This document shows, piece by piece, positions 47,501 to 56,465 of a stretch of 64,000 nt of DNA. The position numbers and the translations under genes are program-made. Below the pieces are notes generated by a model that saw nothing but the letters and a program-made list of their open reading frames with translations, searched no databases and had not been told where the DNA came from. The DNA lies in the NCBI GenBank assembly GCA_039714575.1, contig JBDLJE010000003.1, forward strand, positions 294-64,293, in the 5' to 3' direction. Position 1 is the stretch's first letter, and each line of letters begins with the position of its first letter. This DNA is from Campylobacterota bacterium (GTDB taxonomy: Bacteria; Campylobacterota; Campylobacteria; Campylobacterales; Sulfurimonadaceae).

Positions 47501-47714
47501 CCCTGCCGCCGAAGACCAAGCCACCGACAGAGCTTACCGCATAGGACAGGAGAAACCGGTCTTTGTCTACAAACTGATCATCGAAGATTCTGTCGAAGAG
47601 AAGATCTTGGCCTTGCAAGAGCAGAAAAAACAGCTGACATCAGGGCTTTACAGTGATGAAAAAGATGATGTCCCAATATTGAATGCTGAGAGTTTGTTGG
47701 AGTTGTTTAGTTAG
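44553..47714 (+). CDS. SWIM zinc-finger / SNF2-family helicase
   Basis: It has a TTG start. The SWIM motif is CSCESAQDCKHVVSAAL. SNF2 motifs are ILADDMGLGKT, ILDEAQNIKN, ALTGTPMEN, LIFSQFT, GGVGLNLT and DRAYRIGQ. Confidence 0.9.
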   Translation: MISFAISDVVRIAAQSDFNEGMDYYRQSRSIVKSFETVAEGHMVVTAFTKGSANYVQSISVRVDGNSVSLSGRCSCESAQDCKHVVSAALTFIDQNSTAPSRTTEKKSDAQKWLERLEKSLTPEAVKKSILIYRISPSPTKGKLQLVFYRARLLKEGGYGKQKRIEFHQLRSSFMQRDFLTDSDRDILELFGALESKVERNAHIEGELGGLLLEKMVRSGNCYWHGNRNRALQWGETLSASLLYKEEGKGQFRLSFDLNKHCEPLVTTPFSYVDTKNHVVGHLRVDGIEPQQLGLLLQAPLLTQEELETFSIKAIQTLPSLPLPDTLDVKELKVEPKAKIKLFAADAQHQLKLGFLYDEYELNGCSSQKSKIVKEDDEYLKIIRDIGFEKSAKEQLESAGFLADGSCTFRADGDSDNTIDTWRRFIQVHLPVLEENGYEVEVEKSFLFRFEKGGEITLNVEQKKSWFDVGMEVDFEGSKLNILSLVSSLLEQNVDIENLPETISIEVEENHFITLDSVQFRPILKTLVALYKGERVEQLHIDQYAAHLLPKAGNSVKISGSGQKAIKRLRKELESFEGIEKLEQAQGLKATLRGYQQEGLNWLGFLERFGFGGILADDMGLGKTLQSLAFLQRLKEQEKLTLPVLIVAPTSLLGNWRNEAKKFTPDLSLEIHHGLKRNKKIHLGFQSDIVITTYALLSRDLALFEKMNFSYFILDEAQNIKNQKSKVHSAAKKINARNSVALTGTPMENHLGELWAIFDVVMPNFLGDYKTFKTFYQTPIEQEHSQERQESLRDKLAPFMLRRTKEKVATELPPKTIMTRSVAFEGDQAKLYEGIRISMEKKVREVIAEKGLGRSHITILDALLKLRQVCCDPRLVPLAEAQKVKHSAKLEMLLELVEELLEEGRRILIFSQFTSMLSIIEEQLMQREVSLTKLTGSTQNREKVIDKFTSGEASVFLISLKAGGVGLNLTQADTVIHYDPWWNPAAEDQATDRAYRIGQEKPVFVYKLIIEDSVEEKILALQEQKKQLTSGLYSDEKDDVPILNAESLLELFS

Positions 47715-47803
47715 CTTTAATACTTTTATTCACTATATTAGGTACATTTGAATTCTATATATAATAAAACATGTTAATATATATTTTTTAATAGGAGTTT
47801 AAA

Positions 47804-48778
47804 TTGAAATCAATCTATTTGTTTTTGTTAATACCTTGTGCAATACTTTTTGCTTCAGAGAACTATCCGCAAATTTTTGAACAGCAGGGAACACCATTGT
47901 TTGAAGCGGTTCATAAATTTCAAAAATTAAAGCATATCCCTGTAATGGAAAAAGCTGTTGAACGTTATGTAGCAGAAGCAGGTGAAGCTTTACAATTTGG
48001 CAAAATAGCCGATGCTGCTGTAGAGAAGAAAGAAAAAGTAGCATACTTGAAAGTATTACGCTCTTTACAGAAAAATTACAATAAAACAATAAGCTTAGTA
48101 AAGAAACATCTTGTAGATGCAATGAAGCAAAACGATAAGGATATGTTTCTAACACTTGTTGAATCAGATCTTGATTTTGGCAATAGTCATTTGAATGAGA
48201 AGATGATTGTATTTTATCAGCAACACAGTAAAGTATTACATAGTGAAAGTATGGACAAACGAGTCCTGGATCAAAAAGCTGCTGATACTTCTGCTGCTGA
48301 GTTTGCAGGTGATGGAATGAGTCATGAAGACGAATGTAATATTGGCCCCTTACAACACAATCTAAAAAACATCATTAATAAACCTGCAACTTTTTATGCG
48401 ATGGTATTAGTGTCTGGTAAAGATGATTGGTTACAAATTAATGATCAGTACTATTCTATTATTAAAGATACGCAATACACTATTGCATGTAAATATTACG
48501 AAGAGACTGGTATCGCCAGAACATATTTGTTCCCTCTAAAAAAACCATTTACTATAGAAGCCTACATTACACGATTAGAAGCGGAAAAATTTGCAGCAAT
48601 GATTTTTATGAGACCTGACATCACAGCTAAATACCGTCAAGCTGCTTCGCTGAAAGATACTGATCTGTATCTCAAAAAGCTTACATATGTTATGCAAAGA
48701 CACAGTAAATACATTATAGCAGGTCCTGAGATAAAGCCGTATGTAGAAAGTTCAGATGAACTTTTATCCGGACCATAA
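47804..48778 (+). CDS. Hypothetical secreted protein (islet cargo)
   Basis: It has a TTG start 6 nt after an aggag SD and a signal peptide (MKSIYLFLLIPCAILFASE). I recognised no family. Confidence 0.65.
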   Translation: MKSIYLFLLIPCAILFASENYPQIFEQQGTPLFEAVHKFQKLKHIPVMEKAVERYVAEAGEALQFGKIADAAVEKKEKVAYLKVLRSLQKNYNKTISLVKKHLVDAMKQNDKDMFLTLVESDLDFGNSHLNEKMIVFYQQHSKVLHSESMDKRVLDQKAADTSAAEFAGDGMSHEDECNIGPLQHNLKNIINKPATFYAMVLVSGKDDWLQINDQYYSIIKDTQYTIACKYYEETGIARTYLFPLKKPFTIEAYITRLEAEKFAAMIFMRPDITAKYRQAASLKDTDLYLKKLTYVMQRHSKYIIAGPEIKPYVESSDELLSGP

Positions 48779-48825
48779 TAATGGAAATATTGTGTAGAAA
48801 TTTTCAGTTATTGAAGGCTTAAATA

Positions 48826-51492
48826 ATGAAACATCTGTTTATTCTAATTTTTTTTACTACATCACTTTTTTCTTTTTATCTATCAGACCGCCTGCCAAAA
48901 GAGGCTGTCCAGTTAGTTGATTCATTTGACTGTTTTTCTAAAGATGACAAAACTGTAATGTACACTTATTTACTGGCACTGAAATATCGAATGGAACATG
49001 TTAATGACAGAGATGCTTTAGTTAAAAGTGATTTAGATTACTGGAGATTATGGCATTTAGTCAGTGATATTGAACATGACTGCTCTCTTTACTATAAATT
49101 CAGTTATATATTAGAGGAGACGATCACTTCTTCACCAGAGGATAAAACAACTCTAAAAAAACTACGGCGAGTTGAGGGCCGCATACGTACTGACGGTTCT
49201 TCTGAATCCTCCGCACGTATGAGTAAATACGATGCAGGTCTACGAAAAAAGCTATTACAGGACCCTCCAAAGTTTAAAGTGTCGGCTAAAAACCAATTAC
49301 TGAATGATTATAATTTGACATCTATCAAACACTATCCAAAATTGAGTATTCCCCAAAATATTTATGACGCTATCAAAAAGCAAAATATTTCAGGTAAGAA
49401 AGAAGATATACTTTTTCGTTACGCTTTTTTGAAAGAAGAGATGTTAAGGAACTATGATCAACCAAAGAAGAGACATGAGATAAAGCAGGAGCTATTGTAT
49501 ATTCAAGAGTGTCAGAAATATCACAAGATCTATCTGAAAGGTGAGTTTTACCATAATTTTAAACGTAAACTTGCCAACAGAAGTTCTCAATATAGTAATT
49601 ATTATCCAATTAAAAATGAGTTTTTACCTAAAGAGGTGGAAGCATATTGTGAACACAATATTACTAAAACAGAAGTAACCACTTTCTATCCTAAACAAGA
49701 AAAGAAAATACCCAAAGTAAAAAAAATCATTAAACTCGAAAACTTAAAAGCATTTTTAGAGCAATACAATGATGATGCAACTAAAAAGAAATATGCTGAA
49801 CAATATTTTAATTTGATGAAAGAGCAATTGGAAAAGTCTTCAACACCAACACCCAGCTTAGAATCATTGAAATTAATAAGATTAAAAAACTGTTTAGTTG
49901 CAGGAGACGATAAAGAAGATTTTAAATTAATTATGTCTCGTGTCAAAGATTTTCGTTTGGAAGGTATAAAAGAAATATTTTATTCAAATATTTTCAATAG
50001 CCAAATGTGGTGGATGACGACAATAAGAATGAAGATAGATCAAGAGGGAGAAAGCGAAGAGTTAAAACATTTTTTTGATTGTAATCAGACATCAGTCACT
50101 ACTAGACCTGCTGCCTTAATACAAACTAAGACATCAAACTCAAAAGACAAATCCCGTTTTTCCGCATCCAACATGAGAAATGCATCTTTCCAAAGAGATG
50201 AGATATTTAAATATTATGCGGGAACATTTGAAAATAAGCCTACTCCTGAAATGAATAATGAAAAGGCGATTAAAGCAGGTTTGCTTTCAAAGAAAATGCT
50301 TGACGCTTATGGGAAAATCAAAGTGCCTTTTGGGGATAAAATAGTTATCAAAGGGATGCCAAAAGGCGGTCTCAGCTTGACATATTATGGTATCCCAAAA
50401 GGTAAGTTGTGCTCTGATTTTATTATGTTTGGTAAAACAGGAAATGAAACTATATTTTATAATAGCAAGGCTTATGATGGGTTGGATTATATACTTCTCA
50501 ATGGACATAAGATCAAAGTCAAGCATTATGTCAGAAAACATGTAGAAAGGCTCTGTTCAAAAGAGGACAATAATATAATTAGTTTTGTCAAAGAACAGAC
50601 TATAACTAAAAAAGAGTACAAGGGTAGTAGAAAACTTGATAGTGCTTTTGGAAATGTAAAAAAAATAAATTATGAATATAGTCTGGATGATAAGATAAAA
50701 ATGTACGTAAAAAAACTGCCGCGCAAATATAAACATAGTCACAACAAAATACTTTCTCCTAGTGGAAAATATTTAGCAATAGGATATCAGGGTAAAGAGA
50801 TCTGTATTTGGGACGTAATAGAAAACCAATTCGTAAAAATAATAAAAATATCGTACAAAGAATTTGGTGGTCTTGACACGTTTTTATCAGACAATAAAAC
50901 TATTATGTTGGTCGGTAAAAAAATACATTTTCTAGATACAGATACAAACAAAATAAGTGGTGAGATAGAGCCTAGATTTACGAAGTCCAAAAAATCATTT
51001 AGTAGGCCGCGCATTACCTCATGGATTGAGTCCCCTGATGGGAGTACACTCTATATTGCTGGCAATAAAAATACAATAGAGCGTTGGAATATAAAGAAAA
51101 GTAAGCTAGGTTCACGCGAGATTAGCTACATAGACCAAATTGAAGATAAGGAAGTAAAAGAAGTAGGGGTACTTGTTTTTGATCCAAGGGATAGAAATAT
51201 ATTAATTATAGGTTCTACATTTAATAAAATTAAATTTTTGGATATTAAACATAAAAAGGTAGTTAAGACATTAATTGCAGACAAGCAAATGAGTTGTAAA
51301 AATATCACGTTGAGTGATGACCATAAATATATTCTTGCTGTTGGATGGGGTGCATTTTTATGGCGCTTAGAAGATGGAGAACAGCTTGATATTATTTCGG
51401 GAAATAGAATATCAAAAGGTGTGTTTTTACCAAATTCATCTAACTTTGCTACTATTGGTGAAGAAGTCAGTGTTTGGGAAATTAAAAAATAG
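48826..51492 (+). CDS. Hypothetical 888-aa secreted protein with a C-terminal WD40-like beta-propeller (islet cargo)
   Basis: It has a signal peptide ([17 protein letters not shown]) and a Lys-rich helical N-terminal half. From about aa 640 on there are repeated strand patterns ending in W-D/N/E dipeptides ([31 protein letters not shown]). Confidence 0.65.
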   Translation: MKHLFILIFFTTSLFSFYLSDRLPKEAVQLVDSFDCFSKDDKTVMYTYLLALKYRMEHVNDRDALVKSDLDYWRLWHLVSDIEHDCSLYYKFSYILEETITSSPEDKTTLKKLRRVEGRIRTDGSSESSARMSKYDAGLRKKLLQDPPKFKVSAKNQLLNDYNLTSIKHYPKLSIPQNIYDAIKKQNISGKKEDILFRYAFLKEEMLRNYDQPKKRHEIKQELLYIQECQKYHKIYLKGEFYHNFKRKLANRSSQYSNYYPIKNEFLPKEVEAYCEHNITKTEVTTFYPKQEKKIPKVKKIIKLENLKAFLEQYNDDATKKKYAEQYFNLMKEQLEKSSTPTPSLESLKLIRLKNCLVAGDDKEDFKLIMSRVKDFRLEGIKEIFYSNIFNSQMWWMTTIRMKIDQEGESEELKHFFDCNQTSVTTRPAALIQTKTSNSKDKSRFSASNMRNASFQRDEIFKYYAGTFENKPTPEMNNEKAIKAGLLSKKMLDAYGKIKVPFGDKIVIKGMPKGGLSLTYYGIPKGKLCSDFIMFGKTGNETIFYNSKAYDGLDYILLNGHKIKVKHYVRKHVERLCSKEDNNIISFVKEQTITKKEYKGSRKLDSAFGNVKKINYEYSLDDKIKMYVKKLPRKYKHSHNKILSPSGKYLAIGYQGKEICIWDVIENQFVKIIKISYKEFGGLDTFLSDNKTIMLVGKKIHFLDTDTNKISGEIEPRFTKSKKSFSRPRITSWIESPDGSTLYIAGNKNTIERWNIKKSKLGSREISYIDQIEDKEVKEVGVLVFDPRDRNILIIGSTFNKIKFLDIKHKKVVKTLIADKQMSCKNITLSDDHKYILAVGWGAFLWRLEDGEQLDIISGNRISKGVFLPNSSNFATIGEEVSVWEIKK

Positions 51493-51515
51493 ATATATTC
51501 GCACGTGTTAGATCT

Positions 51516-51761
51516 GACACCGTCATCCACTACGACCCATGGTGGAACCCCGCCGCCGAAGACCAAGCCACCGACAGAGCCTACCGCATAGGACAAGACA
51601 AACCTGTCTTTGTCTACAAACTGATCATCGAAGATTCTGTTGAAGAGAAGATACTTGCTTTGCAAGCACAGAAAAAGCAGTTGACTTTAGGGCTTTACAG
51701 TGATGAAAAAGATGATGTCTCAACATTAAATGCTGAGAGTTTGTTGGAACTGTTTAGCTAA
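51516..51761 (+). pseudogene. Displaced 3' fragment of a SWIM-SNF2 helicase gene (last 81 codons plus stop)
   Basis: It translates to [81 protein letters not shown]. Only 5 aa differ from the C-terminus of the intact gene. There is no start codon and no upstream homology. Confidence 0.85.
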
Positions 51762-51770
51762 ACGCTGACA

Positions 51771-51823
51771 GAACACTTTGTATACTATTGCCTTACTCGC
51801 CAAAATAGTCATACAAAGTGTTC
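51771..51823 (+). terminator. Strong hairpin just downstream of the displaced SNF2 3' fragment (possibly the ancestral terminator)
   Basis: Perfect 13-bp arms gaacactttgtat (51771-51783) and atacaaagtgttc (51811-51823) are extended by actatt/aatagt. No clear T-run follows. Confidence 0.4.
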
Positions 51824-52013
51824 AGACATTGGCAATTTCCTTCTAAACTACACATCAATGTAAGAACTATTTTCATACTTTTTTAAAATTTAGGACAATC
51901 TTCTTTTAGCTTGATATATTTTGTTGAATAGTAATTTAAAAAATGTGTTCAACTATTATACTGATTAAGGGTAATGACTATAGAATGTGTACTAATGAAT
52001 AGTTAGGTAAAGC

Positions 52014-52718
52014 ATGAAAATCAAATATCTTTTCTTTGTACTTGTATTTATAATTGTCACTGGTGTTGGCTACGGCTATTTTTACATAGATAGAATATTT
52101 TCAATCTTCATAGGCACTGAAACACCTCCTTTGGCCAAAAAAGGCTTCAAAGGAAAATTGCTTCCAAGAACGGACGATGAATTTCGCCGTGGCGTTTTTT
52201 ATTCAAAACTTTACCGGGATACCAACGGCTCAATAAACAATGAATACTTTGAAGATTTGTTGGAGCGTAAAAAATGGGATCAAAGGCATAGTCTAAGTAA
52301 AAAGAGCGATGATCAATTAAGGCAAGAAATCATGGATACAATGTTGCAATACAAGGACTATTATAAAATGAATGCAGTTGATGAAATAAACTTCGTTTTT
52401 CAGTCAAATAATTGTAGGTTCGACACTTATTATCAGAATAATCTTATCGTTAATACCGGTGGAGCAGGTTTAACAGAATATCCAAAAGACTATAAATATG
52501 AACGCTACACTATAGATATAAATGATCCAAGTCCCTTTAGAATCAAAATGGATGAAAGTACAGCAAATAATTACATCCAAAACGGAGCGTGTGTAGTAGC
52601 AACTCATTTCAAATTAAATAAGGACTTCAGTACAAATATTACCAAAGCAGTAGTCTTGGATATGGACACAAATGAATCAATATTTGTGTATACACCGCAA
52701 GATAATGAGACAGATTAA
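52014..52718 (+). CDS. Hypothetical protein with an N-terminal TM anchor
   Basis: It is AT-rich, has the TM helix YLFFVLVFIIVTGVGYGYFYI, and matches no family I recognise. Confidence 0.55.
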   Translation: MKIKYLFFVLVFIIVTGVGYGYFYIDRIFSIFIGTETPPLAKKGFKGKLLPRTDDEFRRGVFYSKLYRDTNGSINNEYFEDLLERKKWDQRHSLSKKSDDQLRQEIMDTMLQYKDYYKMNAVDEINFVFQSNNCRFDTYYQNNLIVNTGGAGLTEYPKDYKYERYTIDINDPSPFRIKMDESTANNYIQNGACVVATHFKLNKDFSTNITKAVVLDMDTNESIFVYTPQDNETD

Positions 52719-52738
52719 ACCTAACAACTCAGTCGAGC

Positions 52739-52770
52739 CAATCAAAAACCCGCGAGCGGCTTTTTGATTG
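52739..52770. terminator. Bidirectional hairpin terminator between convergent genes
   Basis: The arm caatcaaaaa(cc) pairs with (gg)c-tttttgattg. The A-run and T-run flanks allow termination in both directions. Confidence 0.55.
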
Positions 52771-52927
52771 CTCATTTTAGCTGTTTCCCAAGGTCCTCGT
52801 TGGTAACCCATATATGAGATTATGTAAAGAGTCAGTCTGTGTTTAGTCGATTAAATACTTGTATGCATCCCAAACAAGGACGTTGGGGACGAGAAAAGTC
52901 AGGATAAAAAAGAAGAGCATCCTCTCC

Positions 52928-54301
52928 TTATTTGTAACGCCAGATAGCCATATCTTCATTAACAGCATTATCACTGATACCTGTTGTAACTAGGTTGCCT
53001 TTAGCGTCAATGACTACAGCGTATCCCATGTCATCACGATCGCCTCCTGAAGCATTATGGTCTGTAACATACCCGACACCGTTGAAAGTGGTGTCCAGGG
53101 TTCCGTCACTCCTGTAGCGCCAGATAGCCAAGTCGTAATCATTGCTGTTTTGACTTGTTCCTGCCACTACGATCTTGCCGTTAGCATCTATGGTTACAGA
53201 GTACCCAATATCAAAACCGGCACCTCCGGCAGCCCCGTTATGCATCACATATCCGACACCGTTAAACGTAGTGTCCAGACTTCCATTGCTGTCATAACGC
53301 CAGATAACCATGTCGTAGGTGTTAATAAGGTTTGTACTATAGCCGGCCACTATGATCTTTCCATCAGCATCTATGGCTATAGCGTATCCACCATCATTAC
53401 TGGAGCCTCCGGAAGCATTATTGTCCGTGACGTAACCGACACCGTTAAAAGTACTGTCCAGACTTCCATTGCTGTCATAACGCCAGAGAGTCATAGCAAG
53501 ATTGTTGATATTTTCGCTGGCTCCTGCTACAAGAACCTTACTGTCCGCATCAGTCGTTATGGCGTTTCCATAATCATGACCGGAACCTCCGGCAGCACCG
53601 CTATGTACCGCAAAACCGACACCGTTAAAAGTACTGTCCAGACTTCCACTGCTGTTATAGCGCCAGATGACCATGTCATATTTGCCACTGCTGTTTCTGC
53701 TAGACCCGGTTACCAGGATCTTACCGTTGGCATCAATGGTTACAGCCTTTCCATAATCATAAGTACCGCCTCCGGCAGCATCATGATGTGTTACGTATCC
53801 GATGCCATTAAAAGTTGTATCTATATCTCCATCACTGTTATAACGCCAGATGATCATGTCCAGCGTTGCACTGTACCCTGCTACTACGATCTTGCCGTCA
53901 GCGTCAAGCACCACAGAATTCCCGTTGTCGTTACCGCCGTTGTTTCCGGCACTGCTGTCATCCGTAACATAGCCGGTACCGTTAAAGGTAGTATCCGGGG
54001 TACCGTCACAGTTGTAGCGCCAAATGACCATGTCATCATACAAAAGAGTATCGGAAAAACTGCTTCCGGCCACTACGATCTTGCCGTCAGCATCGATGAC
54101 CAGGCTTCGTCCCTCATCATCACCGGAACCTCCGGAGACATTGTCGTCTGTGACATACCCGACACCATTAAACGAGGGGTCCAGCTCTCCTATGGCACTG
54201 TTTGTGCCGCCTGCATCACTGCTGTCACTACTGCACGCTGTCATCACAACCACTGCCGAAACCGGTGCCAATATTGTCAATATATTCTTCATAATCTTCA
54301 T
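52928..54301 (-). CDS. Lipoprotein built of delta-60 repeats
   Basis: It has a lipobox (VVMTAC). About 8 units of 50-60 aa follow the pattern FNG.GYVT....GG..D.G.A..ID..GKI.VAG.S.....DM.IWRY.S.GSLD.TFNG, characteristic of the delta-60 repeat family. Confidence 0.75.
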   Translation of the reverse strand: MKIMKNILTILAPVSAVVVMTACSSDSSDAGGTNSAIGELDPSFNGVGYVTDDNVSGGSGDDEGRSLVIDADGKIVVAGSSFSDTLLYDDMVIWRYNCDGTPDTTFNGTGYVTDDSSAGNNGGNDNGNSVVLDADGKIVVAGYSATLDMIIWRYNSDGDIDTTFNGIGYVTHHDAAGGGTYDYGKAVTIDANGKILVTGSSRNSSGKYDMVIWRYNSSGSLDSTFNGVGFAVHSGAAGGSGHDYGNAITTDADSKVLVAGASENINNLAMTLWRYDSNGSLDSTFNGVGYVTDNNASGGSSNDGGYAIAIDADGKIIVAGYSTNLINTYDMVIWRYDSNGSLDTTFNGVGYVMHNGAAGGAGFDIGYSVTIDANGKIVVAGTSQNSNDYDLAIWRYRSDGTLDTTFNGVGYVTDHNASGGDRDDMGYAVVIDAKGNLVTTGISDNAVNEDMAIWRYK

Positions 54302-54541
54302 CGGAACTCCTTGTACGTCATAAAAGAGAAACTCTCTCTTTTACCTATTATACAACTTAGTTCCAGAAGTTATTATAAGTGTATGACAAATATAAAAAAA
54401 CATATTGGAGCTGATAGTTAATTTGAAAGAAATAATATTGTAACTTTTTGGCTAGAGCATGCGAGACTTGCTATAAAGGCAGAGGTGAACGTTATTGCTT
54501 TCTATTCTCTTCGAAGGGGATGGAAGACATATAATAATGTC

Positions 54542-54808
54542 TTACGCCGAACGGGCGTTTTCAAACATTCCGCGTGCTTGGTAGTTCTTTATCTTGACCA
54601 AGTGGGGGAAGAACTCTTTTTTGGTGCTGTCGCGCAGTATCTGTATCTTGCAGAACTCTAGTGCTTCATCGATGTCGAATCGTATGGCACTTTCATGCCC
54701 AAGTTCATTTTCATGTGTAACAGGGGTGTGGGCACTGATCCACTGACTTAATCGAACAGCAAGTTCTTGATTCATTATGGCCGCTATTTCATTTGACGAT
54801 ATAAACAT
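54542..54808 (-). CDS. Hypothetical small protein
   Basis: It is an 88-aa ORF with no recognised motif. Confidence 0.4.
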   Translation of the reverse strand: MFISSNEIAAIMNQELAVRLSQWISAHTPVTHENELGHESAIRFDIDEALEFCKIQILRDSTKKEFFPHLVKIKNYQARGMFENARSA

Positions 54809-54964
54809 AAGTTGTCCTCTATTTTTGAGGGTAGTTTATATAACTTGTATTGCGAGAGAGATACTGAAACATAACACTAGCGTTACGAAAGTGGGAGTAA
54901 AAGTTTTAGTAGTTTGAGTTTTGGGTGCGTTCCCATCAAAAACGATGGGAAGGAGTAGGGAAGC

Positions 54965-55354
54965 TTAGTAAGCGAGTGCTGAAAGCCTTAACTGCGTGTA
55001 TTGATGAACGATGTTCTCCATTCTGATGCTTGAAAACACGGCAACGATGAAAGTGAGAACAAAGGCATAACTGTAGTCAAAGTTCAGTACATACGAGATA
55101 GATGAAAATGCAAACAACGGTATGGCTACAAAGAAGACACCCAGCAGAAGCTTGATGTTCAACTTAACGTTTTTCATAAAAGCCGAACAGCTGCCTTCTC
55201 TACAGACAAGAGGATCTTCCTCTAATGTGTTAAGCTCATTTGAGAGGTTGATCTGCAGACCTCTCTTCTTATACTTGTTTTCACTTTTTTCGACTATCGT
55301 CTTCAAACTGTTAAGTAAAAAACTGTCTGTTACGTTTAAAAATAGATTTTTCAT
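54965..55354 (-). CDS. Hypothetical membrane protein
   Basis: I prefer the internal ATG at 55354, which is preceded by an aaggtg SD, over the track start at 55420. It has two C-terminal TM helices. Confidence 0.45.
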   Translation of the reverse strand: MKNLFLNVTDSFLLNSLKTIVEKSENKYKKRGLQINLSNELNTLEEDPLVCREGSCSAFMKNVKLNIKLLLGVFFVAIPLFAFSSISYVLNFDYSYAFVLTFIVAVFSSIRMENIVHQYTQLRLSALAY

Positions 55355-55649
55355 AACATTCACCTTTATCCTCTTCGAAGTGTATCTTATATTATAGCAT
55401 TTAATAAGTAAAAACACCATACATACAGGGTAATTAAGAGAGCCGCTCAGCGTTTAAACGGCGTTCGTACGATTTTCGTTATGCAGAACAAAATATTACA
55501 ATTGGAGTCTCTGAGAATGTACCGTCTCGGTATTTTTTGAACATCGTTTTCGCTGCAACGCTGATCCATGAACTTGTCGGAGCGTTATATTTTGCAAATG
55601 TCAAAGGAAGCTTGATAAGCGGGGGACAGATCTCTCTTTCAGGGCTGTT

Positions 55650-56213
55650 TTATAACCTGTTTTTTACTACCTGGGCTGTTGCAGTATCTGCAGTACAAAC
55701 CTGAGAAGTCAACGGCTCGATCAACTCAACGTGAAAAGATTGGCCTAACAGCAGTTTTTTTAATGCCAACTGGCGGGCATTTATAAACGCTACATCATCT
55801 GTGTGTTCGATTTCGGACAGGTTTGTGTTGTAGCCATCTGGTATAAAAATGTTGCCTATAGAGAGTTTTTTTACGCTGTTTGAGGGGCTGATCTTAATGC
55901 GGCCGCTAACGCTGGCTTCGTAGAAATGTATCATAAACCCGCTATGATAAGCAATTTTGGTTGTCCATGCAGCCTTCTTATCATTTAGATGATGGTCCTG
56001 ACTGCTAACGGTGTTGTAGACCTTTCCGTTGATCAGCAGGGTCGTGTCTTCAATAATATGGCCTTTGCCGCATCGTATTGCTTTTTCTGTGATGCTTTCA
56101 GTCGTGTCGTGCAGACAGAGCTTTTCATCAAACCCACTTACCAGTGTGACTGTGTTGCCAAGTATAGATTTATAGTCTTTTATTCTTGCCGGATTGGTTA
56201 TTTTTACAGTCAT
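55650..56213 (-). CDS. Hypothetical protein
   Basis: It is a 187-aa ORF with no recognised motif. Confidence 0.5.
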   Translation of the reverse strand: MTVKITNPARIKDYKSILGNTVTLVSGFDEKLCLHDTTESITEKAIRCGKGHIIEDTTLLINGKVYNTVSSQDHHLNDKKAAWTTKIAYHSGFMIHFYEASVSGRIKISPSNSVKKLSIGNIFIPDGYNTNLSEIEHTDDVAFINARQLALKKLLLGQSFHVELIEPLTSQVCTADTATAQVVKNRL

Positions 56214-56465
56214 CAGCCTTCTTTCGAAAATTACCCATATTATAATGGAGTTTTTGAAAAAACCATAATATTGATGAATTTAATGTGAATTTTTACAGCA
56301 AATGATAGTTATTGAGTAGTATTTTGACATTATTGCTTCAGCAGTGGGTTTTTTTACGATGTTAAATTTCTGATATGAAGATAAAATAAAAGAGCCTCAT
56401 GAAAAGAGAGCGTTTAAACTAGGTATAATTCCAAACATTATTCCAAACTCTATAAGGCTATTGCT

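Larger units (their letters stand above)
47715..51515. mobile_element. AT-rich 3.8-kb insertion bracketed by direct repeats of the SNF2 3' end (genomic islet; no recombinase seen)
   Basis: Base composition drops sharply right after the SNF2 stop at 47714. The insertion is bounded by 47469-47714 and 51516-51761, which are 223/246 identical by my own alignment. Confidence 0.55.

Noticed and set aside
47715-51515. A search for an integrase, transposase or inverted terminal repeats that would define a classical mobile element
   Set aside because: I found none. Only the 246-bp direct repeats and the compositional shift support mobility, so the element type is left open.
51126-51665. A 179-aa minus-strand ORF spanning the right islet boundary
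   Set aside because: It runs antisense through the end of the WD40 gene and through the displaced SNF2 fragment. Its N-terminal part is simply the reverse complement of conserved helicase codons. It is not a credible gene.
53057-54421. A 454-aa plus-strand ORF, plus a 99-aa ORF at 54024-54323
   Set aside because: It is antisense to the delta-60-repeat lipoprotein gene. Its translation is low-complexity (runs of V/T/S/I) with no start context or motifs. The minus-strand product has a lipobox and a coherent repeat family signature, so this is a shadow ORF.
55438-55704. An 88-codon open frame without an ATG, encoding a hydrophobic tail (…LNIVFAATLIHELVGALYFANVKG…)
   Set aside because: It might be the remnant of a transporter C-terminus or a 55-aa TTG-initiated peptide. 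There is no start or SD support, it overlaps the 3' end of the 55650-56213 gene, and I cannot assign a family from sequence alone.
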